From positions 1 through 30,404 of the forward strand of contig JBMCXL010000001.1 in NCBI GenBank assembly GCA_048621015.1: 30,404 nt of DNA, in the 5' to 3' direction. The notes below the pieces were generated by a model. It saw only the letters and a program-made list of their open reading frames with translations, was not told the DNA's origin and made no database searches. Position 1 is the stretch's first letter. The number at the start of each line of letters is the position of its first letter. The translations under genes and the position numbers were made by a program. Of this stretch, positions 25,564 to 30,404 are shown in pieces. Source of the DNA: Phycisphaeraceae bacterium (GTDB lineage Bacteria > Planctomycetota > Phycisphaerae > Phycisphaerales > Phycisphaeraceae).

Positions 25564-26626
25564 AACCCCTTCCTCCAACGACTCGACCGCAGCGAACGGC
25601 GCGACCGTCGAACAGACCCAACCGCTGCTGCGCGTGCGCGGGCTGAAACGGTGGTTCCCCATCAAGCGCGGCCTGCTCAACCGCGTCGTGGGCCATGTCA
25701 AGGCGGTCGACGGTGTCGATTTCGATCTGTATGAAGGCGAATGCCTCGGGCTCGTGGGCGAATCGGGGTCCGGCAAGACGACGGTGGGGCGCACGCTTCT
25801 CCGCGCGCTTGAGCCCACCGCGGGGCGCATCGAGCTGCGCATCAACGGGGAGCCGGTCGATCTTGGAGCCGTCGACAAGAATCGCCTGCACGAAGTGCGC
25901 AAGCACATCCAGATGGTCTTTCAGGACCCGTATTCCTCGCTCAACCCGCGCATGACGGTGCTCGACATCGTGGGCGAGCCGCTGCTGGTGCACGGCATGA
26001 CCCGTCGGCGACAGCGTGAAGCACGCGTGCGGGAGCTGATGGCGCAGGTCGGGCTGCGGCCGCAGCACCTGTCACGCTATCCGCACGCCTTCAGCGGTGG
26101 ACAGCGCCAGCGCATCGGCATCGCACGGGCGTTGGCGCTGCATCCGAGGGTGATCGTCGCCGACGAGCCAGTGTCCGCGCTGGACGTGTCCGTGCAGGCG
26201 CAGGTGCTGAATCTGCTGATGCGGTTGCAGCGCGAACTGGGGCTGACCTACATCTTCGTCGCGCACGATCTGAGCGTCGTCCGCCACATCTGCGATCGCA
26301 TCGCGGTGATGTACGTGGGCAAGCTCGTGGAGGTGGCGGAGGTCGAGAGCATCTTCCGGGAGCCGAGGCACCCCTACACGGAAGCGCTGCTGGCGTCCGT
26401 GCCCGTGGCGGACCCGAAGCGACGAACGGAGCGACAGCCACTGTCGGGTGAGGTTGCTGATCCTTCCGACCCTCCGTCGGGCTGTCTCTTCCATCCGCGG
26501 TGTCCTTATGCGGAGCAGCGATGCCGCGAGGAAGCGCCCGAGTTGCGCGAGGTCGAGCCTGGGCGGTACGTGCGCTGTCATCTGGCGGAGGATCTTCGGT
26601 TGAAGGGGGCGGTATTCGATGCATGA
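25556..26626 (+). CDS. oppF: ABC transporter ATP-binding protein, OppF/DppF type
   Basis: [55 protein letters not shown]. Likely TTG start at 25556 after GAGGAG, overlapping the upstream stop (the track's ATG 25541 is the alternative). Confidence 0.93.
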   Translation: MSETPSSNDSTAANGATVEQTQPLLRVRGLKRWFPIKRGLLNRVVGHVKAVDGVDFDLYEGECLGLVGESGSGKTTVGRTLLRALEPTAGRIELRINGEPVDLGAVDKNRLHEVRKHIQMVFQDPYSSLNPRMTVLDIVGEPLLVHGMTRRRQREARVRELMAQVGLRPQHLSRYPHAFSGGQRQRIGIARALALHPRVIVADEPVSALDVSVQAQVLNLLMRLQRELGLTYIFVAHDLSVVRHICDRIAVMYVGKLVEVAEVESIFREPRHPYTEALLASVPVADPKRRTERQPLSGEVADPSDPPSGCLFHPRCPYAEQRCREEAPELREVEPGRYVRCHLAEDLRLKGAVFDA

Positions 26627-26632
26627 AGGCAC

Positions 26633-26657
26633 GGTGGCCGGTGTCGCCCCGGCCGCC
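26633..26657 (+). terminator. GC-rich hairpin just after the ABC operon (possible terminator or mRNA end)
   Basis: ggtggccgg-tgtcgcc-ccggccgcc; no clear U-tract. Confidence 0.3.
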
Positions 26658-26712
26658 GCGCCGCCCTGTTGCCCTCGGATCCGTCAATTGACGAGAAGGC
26701 TGAAAACCCGTT

Positions 26713-26751
26713 AGTCAAACGATTGACACACGATAAGACGGAAGTTAGGCT
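26713..26751 (+). promoter_or_regulatory. Operator copy 3 (AGTCAAACGATTGACA, 26713-26728) overlapping a sigma70-type promoter
   Basis: TTGACA 26723-26728, 17-nt spacer, TAGGCT 26746-26751; lies upstream of the CDS starting at 26789. Confidence 0.7.
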
Positions 26752-26788
26752 ACACCGGATCGAAAGTCAGGATGCAAGGAGAGCCCCG

Positions 26789-28372
26789 TTGCGCAACCTT
26801 CCCCTCAAAGCCATGCTGGCCCTAACGGTGGCGCTGGGCTTGGTCGTCGGGCCCACCACCGCGCGCGCCGACGAAAAACAAGGCCCCACCCGCCCGACCT
26901 GGTCGAATGATCGCGGCCAGAACGATCATCCCAACCACCTCTACACCGGCCCCGTCGACCCCATCTACACCGCCGAGAACGCGCCCGAAGCGCCCTCCCT
27001 GGACGAACTCGAGCGCGTCGAGTCGATCACGCAATACGGCATCACCTGGACATTCAGCGAGCCCGTGCCCGCCGGTCAGTTCGTCACCGGCGACTGGTAC
27101 GTGGTCGGCCCGGTGACGGTCACCGGGATCGACCCCGACCCTTTGTTCGGGCAGGAAGTCGTTGAGCATCCGGACTGGGAACTGGTCGACAAACCGCGAC
27201 TGAGCGAGGTGAGCGACGAGCATCGCAAGGACCGCTGGGCGCGCCACGGCTCGATGCTGAATCCGCCGACGGACAGCGACGAAGGCGCCTACGACAGCCG
27301 GCTCGCGCACGGTTTCTATAACGCCGACCTGTTCGACGAGCCACCGATCGAGATGCAGCCGGGCGATGCGCTGGTCTCCACCATCAGCGCGCCCGGTCCG
27401 CTGCGCGACTATCGCGGGCACGGCCAACCCGTCCTCGCCGCCGCGGTGCTGACGTGCATGGACGCGCCGGTGCCGGCCGATGCGTTCCGTCCGTCTTACG
27501 TGGACAAGCAGAACCGGATCTACCTCGCCCGTAACCTGCGCCGCGAGCTGCTTCACAGCCTGCCTCTGCCCAGCTCGGCGCCGGAGGAGCTGTCCGAATG
27601 GGCGCGCGCGTTTCAGCGGCCGTGGGTGGAGCACGTGCGTTGGGGCTACGGGAATGCGGCGCTCAACATGCCGCGCTACGGCCGGGAGATGGTGCACAAC
27701 ATCTCCACCGCCGCGCTGCTGCTGCACCTGGATTACCCGGCCGCGGAAAAGGAGCCGCTGCTGATTCACTACGTTCAGTACGGCATCGATACCTTCGGCT
27801 TCCTGCGCGACGAGGGCGGCCGGGACGATCTGTTCCGCGGCCACGGCGGCTTCGGCGGCGGACGCAAATGGGCGCTGATCTTCTCGGGCATGATGCTCGA
27901 CGATACCGCGATGCGTGAGCCGAGCAAGACCCGGCCCGAGTTCAAGTTCGCCGAGGACATGCAGGTCGTCGCCGGTGAGCCCTGGTCCGGCGGAGCGGTG
28001 GCCTTTGAGAGCCATCCCATCCACGTGGACGCGCCCACCGAGCTGGCGCATCCCAGCGAATGGGATACGTTCCGCAGCGAGGGCTATCGCCGATGCTGCA
28101 CGAGCAAGATGTGGGTCGGCCAGGCGCTGGCGGCGCACATGATGCGCGCGGTTGACTACTGGGGCGACGAACTGTTCTTCGCCTACGTCGATCGCTGGAT
28201 GACCGAGGATCACCTCGCGCAGCTCGAAGTGTTGAAAAAGGCAATGGGCGATGAGTTTCCCGGCCACTATCAGCGAATTCTCGATCGCGGAGAGATGGGT
28301 GATGCGTTGAGCCCGCCTTTGATGCGGGAAATGTGGGAGCGTTATCGTCACGATCTGCCGCCCGCACGCTGA
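26789..28372 (+). CDS. Secreted protein of unknown function
   Basis: AGGAGA RBS before TTG 26789 gives the signal peptide MRNLPLKAMLALTVALGLVVGPTTARA. The GC3-rich codon pattern is consistent with coding. An N-terminal beta-rich part (SITQYGITWTF...GQFVTGDWYVVGPVTV) is followed by a helical part (RRCCTS, FFAYVDRWM). Confidence 0.8.
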   Translation: MRNLPLKAMLALTVALGLVVGPTTARADEKQGPTRPTWSNDRGQNDHPNHLYTGPVDPIYTAENAPEAPSLDELERVESITQYGITWTFSEPVPAGQFVTGDWYVVGPVTVTGIDPDPLFGQEVVEHPDWELVDKPRLSEVSDEHRKDRWARHGSMLNPPTDSDEGAYDSRLAHGFYNADLFDEPPIEMQPGDALVSTISAPGPLRDYRGHGQPVLAAAVLTCMDAPVPADAFRPSYVDKQNRIYLARNLRRELLHSLPLPSSAPEELSEWARAFQRPWVEHVRWGYGNAALNMPRYGREMVHNISTAALLLHLDYPAAEKEPLLIHYVQYGIDTFGFLRDEGGRDDLFRGHGGFGGGRKWALIFSGMMLDDTAMREPSKTRPEFKFAEDMQVVAGEPWSGGAVAFESHPIHVDAPTELAHPSEWDTFRSEGYRRCCTSKMWVGQALAAHMMRAVDYWGDELFFAYVDRWMTEDHLAQLEVLKKAMGDEFPGHYQRILDRGEMGDALSPPLMREMWERYRHDLPPAR

Positions 28373-28469
28373 AACGCTGCGTGGCGGCGACACATTGGGG
28401 TGAGGGCGCCCGCTGGTGGCATGCTTTCGATGCAAGCGCCAACGCTCGCCATGAAGCAGGAGAGAGGTG

Positions 28470-29729
28470 ATGGCACAGTTGGCACTTCAAGGCGGCGCGC
28501 CCGTCATCGAAACCCCACCAGAGCAATGCTGGCCCATCTTCGACACGCGGGATGAACAAGCGCTGCTGGAGGTCTTTCGCAGCGGCCAGTGGTGGCGCGG
28601 CGGCACGGCCGAGGCACAGGCGCAATCCCGCACCGGCCAGTTCGAAAAGGCGTTCGCCGACTACCAGGGCGCCAACCATGCGCTGGCGCTCAACAGCGGC
28701 ACCACGGCGGTGGAAGTGGCGCTGCGCGCCGCCGGCGTCAAGGCCGGCGACGAGGTGATCGTGCCCGCCATCTCGTTCGTGGTGACTGCCTCGGCCTGTC
28801 TGCCGCTGGGCGCCTACCCGGTTTTCGTTGACGTGGACCCGTACACCGCCCAGATCGATCCGGATGCGATCGAGGCGGCCATCAGCCCGCGCACCACCGC
28901 GATCTGCCTCGTCCACTTTGGCGGCTATCCCGCCGACATGGACCGCCTGCCCCGCATCGCGCGCAAGCACAACCTCGCGCTCATCGAGGACTGCGCCCAC
29001 GCGCACGGCTCGCAATGGCGCGGTCACGGCGTCGGCACGTTCGGTGAGTACGGCACCTTCTCCTTCCAGCAGTTCAAGGCGCTGACCGCGGGCGAAGGCG
29101 GCCTGATCGTCACCAACTCGCTCGATCGCTGGCGCGCCGCGTACCGCTTCCACAACCTCGGACGACTCGAGCACAAGGGGCTCTACGAGTTCCACGAGCC
29201 CGCCTCCAACCTGCGACTGACCGATCTCCAGGGCGCGCTGCTGCATTCGCAGATGCCGCGCTTCAAGGCGCAGGTCGCGCGTCGCAACGAGGCGTGCGAA
29301 CGGCTCGACGCCGCGCTGAACGAGATCGAAGGGATCGAGCCCCAGCCGCCGGACGAGCGCATCACCCGCCGCGGCTTCTACTTCTACGTCTATCGCTACA
29401 ACCAGGAAGCCTTCAAAGGCCTGCCGCGCGACCGCTTCCTCGAAGCGCTTCGCGCCGAAGGTGTGCCAGGCGTCGGGAAGGGCTACAACCGGGCGCTGTA
29501 TGATTATTCCCTGTTCCGCGAGCTCGAGGTGCCAGCCGAGCACACCCACTGCCGGTATGAGCAGGTGGATTGCCCCGTCGCCAAGCGCCTCGCGGAGCAG
29601 GAGCTCTGCACGTTTACACACCAGACGCTGCTGCTGGATGATGCCTGGCTCGACCGGATCGCCCAAGCCGTGGCAAAGATCCGTGAAAACGTTGATGAAT
29701 TGATTCAACCTTCGTCTCAGCCGGCATGA
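28470..29729 (+). CDS. DegT/DnrJ/EryC1/StrS PLP-dependent aminotransferase, resembling the RifK/BtrR (aminocyclitol/kanosamine) subgroup
   Basis: LALQGGAPV...WP.FD..DEQALLEV..SGQW N-terminus, NSGTTA, VHFGG, LIEDCAHAHG, and SFQQFKALTAGEGG carrying the PLP lysine. GGAGAG RBS. Confidence 0.9.
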   Translation: MAQLALQGGAPVIETPPEQCWPIFDTRDEQALLEVFRSGQWWRGGTAEAQAQSRTGQFEKAFADYQGANHALALNSGTTAVEVALRAAGVKAGDEVIVPAISFVVTASACLPLGAYPVFVDVDPYTAQIDPDAIEAAISPRTTAICLVHFGGYPADMDRLPRIARKHNLALIEDCAHAHGSQWRGHGVGTFGEYGTFSFQQFKALTAGEGGLIVTNSLDRWRAAYRFHNLGRLEHKGLYEFHEPASNLRLTDLQGALLHSQMPRFKAQVARRNEACERLDAALNEIEGIEPQPPDERITRRGFYFYVYRYNQEAFKGLPRDRFLEALRAEGVPGVGKGYNRALYDYSLFRELEVPAEHTHCRYEQVDCPVAKRLAEQELCTFTHQTLLLDDAWLDRIAQAVAKIRENVDELIQPSSQPA

Positions 29730-30404
29730 CGGATCAGCCCAGCGCCCTGCACATCGGCATCGCCAGCATCGACATCACGCCGCCGGTCGGCACGGTGATG
29801 GTTGGCTACACCGCGCGCCGCTCGGTGCGTGTCGCGCAGCCGCTGCGCGCCGATGCGCTGGTCTGCAAGGGGCCGGACGGTACCACGCCATGGGCGCTGA
29901 TCACCTGCGATACGATCGGCTACACCCATGCGTATGCCCGCCGCATCCGCGAAGCGATCGCCGCGGCGACCGCCATTCCCGCCAGCGCCATCGTCCTTGC
30001 TGGCACGCACACGCACTCGGGGCCGTGCACCATTGCGTTCGGCCGCGGCGAATCACTTCAAGCGCCGGATCATCGCTACCTCGAATCACTCCCCGGCAAG
30101 CTCGTTGCGCTGGTGCAGCGCGCGCTGGAGCACGCCGCGCCCGGTTCATTTGAGGTCGCGCAGACCGCGGCGCCCGGGATCGGCCACAACCGCAGGGTCC
30201 AACATGCCGACGGCACGTGGGGCAATCAGTGGCAGGACCCCGACGGCAAGCACACCGGCTACTACGACCCGACGATCCTGCTCGCGGCGGTGCGCCGGCC
30301 GAACGGCCGACGCGAGGCGCTGCTGGTCAACTTCGGCTGCCATCCTGTCGTACTCGGGCCGCGCAGCCTGGAGCTGAGCGGCGATTATGTCACCTACCTG
30401 CGCC
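29726..30404 (+). CDS. Neutral/alkaline ceramidase-superfamily metallo-amidohydrolase, 5' part (runs off the window)
   Basis: Manual translation from ATG 29726 (ATGA overlap with the upstream stop) gives IGIASIDITPP.G..MVGY..R, THTHSGP, NRR, YDP, LVNFGCHP, SGDY. Missing from the ORF track because there is no stop in the window. Confidence 0.85.
   Translation, partial: MTDQPSALHIGIASIDITPPVGTVMVGYTARRSVRVAQPLRADALVCKGPDGTTPWALITCDTIGYTHAYARRIREAIAAATAIPASAIVLAGTHTHSGPCTIAFGRGESLQAPDHRYLESLPGKLVALVQRALEHAAPGSFEVAQTAAPGIGHNRRVQHADGTWGNQWQDPDGKHTGYYDPTILLAAVRRPNGRREALLVNFGCHPVVLGPRSLELSGDYVTYLR

Noticed and set aside
26682-26693. Perfect palindrome CGTCAATTGACG near operator copy 3
   Set aside because: It has the same half-sites but no 4-bp spacer or central CG, and occurs once. 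It could be an auxiliary site but is unsupported.
9381-29708. Long antisense or alternate-frame ORFs (for example 9381..11039, 14309..15442, 15536..16390, 19689..21539, 22260..24608, 24430..25908, 26822..28435, 27942..29708)
   Set aside because: They are shadows of real genes. High GC3 makes stops rare on the opposite strand, the products are R/A/G-rich, and none has a recognizable motif.
1-30404. CRISPR arrays, rRNA/tRNA genes, transposases/integrases, frameshifted pseudogenes
   Set aside because: I saw no regularly spaced repeats, RNA-gene signatures, recombinase motifs or broken reading frames on manual reading.

Overview
GC-rich bacterial DNA, most likely Planctomycetota (Phycisphaerae-like). 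The taxon is inferred from two DUF1559-type prepilin-like genes lying among sugar regulators. I support 19 CDSs, two of them cut off by the window edges. The left end carries a cystathionine gamma-synthase/lyase fragment and a divergent PhyH dioxygenase/AraC pair. From about 2.6 kb to the end is what looks like one large glycan-utilization locus. It contains two prepilin-like (DUF1559, H-X9/10-DG) genes, a GntR-wHTH/LacI-effector regulator, a LacI regulator and four large secreted CAZyme-like proteins (three TIM-barrel-like proteins with a DEP motif and one heparinase II/III-type lyase-like protein). It also contains a complete family-5 (Opp/Dpp-type) ABC importer, a secreted protein of unknown function, a RifK/BtrR-like sugar aminotransferase and a ceramidase-superfamily amidohydrolase. 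The best non-coding signal is a 16-bp palindrome, WGTCAANCGATTGACA, found in three intergenic regions. It has the form of a LacI operator and overlaps -35 boxes. I saw no rRNA, tRNA, CRISPR array or mobile element. Family calls come from motif recognition by eye, not from database searches.
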